The notes under the pieces are model-generated. The model made no database searches and was not told where the DNA came from. It saw only the letters and a program-made list of their open reading frames with translations. The translations under genes and the position numbers were made by a program. This document shows positions 16,936 to 17,062 of a stretch of 17,062 nt of DNA, piece after piece; the stretch's first letter is position 1, and each line of letters starts with the position of its first letter. The stretch is from Promethearchaeota archaeon (GTDB taxonomy: Archaea > Asgardarchaeota > Lokiarchaeia > Sigyniarchaeales > SOKP01), in the NCBI GenBank assembly GCA_016840085.1, contig JAEOTA010000080.1, positions 1 through 17,062 of the forward strand. Reading direction: 5' to 3'.

Positions 16936-17062
16936 AGATAATTTTTAATTTACCTTCATCGACAAAAATATTTATAGCTTTTGGAGGCTTAATTAAATCA
17001 CGTTTTTCCTAAACGACAGACTTAAATTCGCCTAATCCTCTATTTTAATTAATGAATTAATT
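16936..17062 (-). repeat. Right copy of the 127-bp terminal inverted repeat
   Basis: The reverse complement reads aattaattcattaattaaaatagaggattaggcg...taaattaaaaattatct, identical to 1-127. Confidence 0.97.

Noticed and set aside
1-17062. CRISPR array, integron attC array, tRNA/rRNA, transposase or integrase
   Set aside because: No regularly spaced repeats, no shared intergenic palindromic site with attC boxes, no RNA-gene-like GC-rich stretch, and no DDE, tyrosine, serine or HUH motifs in the ORFs.

Overview
AT-rich archaeal window whose gene content points to an Asgard archaeon, probably Lokiarchaeia-like (inference). The pointers are an Arf-like small GTPase fusion, a geranylgeranyl-reductase paralog, a SIR2-TPR protein and BRE/TATA-type promoters. 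The window is bracketed by a perfect 127-bp inverted repeat (1-127 / 16936-17062) that contains an imperfect hairpin, yet no transposase, integrase or replication gene lies inside. Between the repeats are 11 mostly stand-alone genes: an F420/LLM oxidoreductase, a small double zinc-ribbon protein, an SRPBCC protein, a GGR-family reductase, a 1123-aa longin-like/Arf-like GTPase/PAS-PAS/GAF/pseudo-histidine-kinase fusion, a CPBP (CAAX/Abi) protease split by an in-frame TGA, a type-B carboxylesterase, a membrane-anchored amidohydrolase, an atypical SDR, a GPH-family MFS transporter and a 1049-aa SIR2-TPR protein. The esterase is flanked by diverged direct repeats of the amidohydrolase's 3' end. 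The strongest leads are the terminal inverted repeats, the GTPase-pseudokinase fusion, the SIR2-TPR protein and the repeat-bounded esterase islet. All domain calls come from motifs read by eye; no database search was run.
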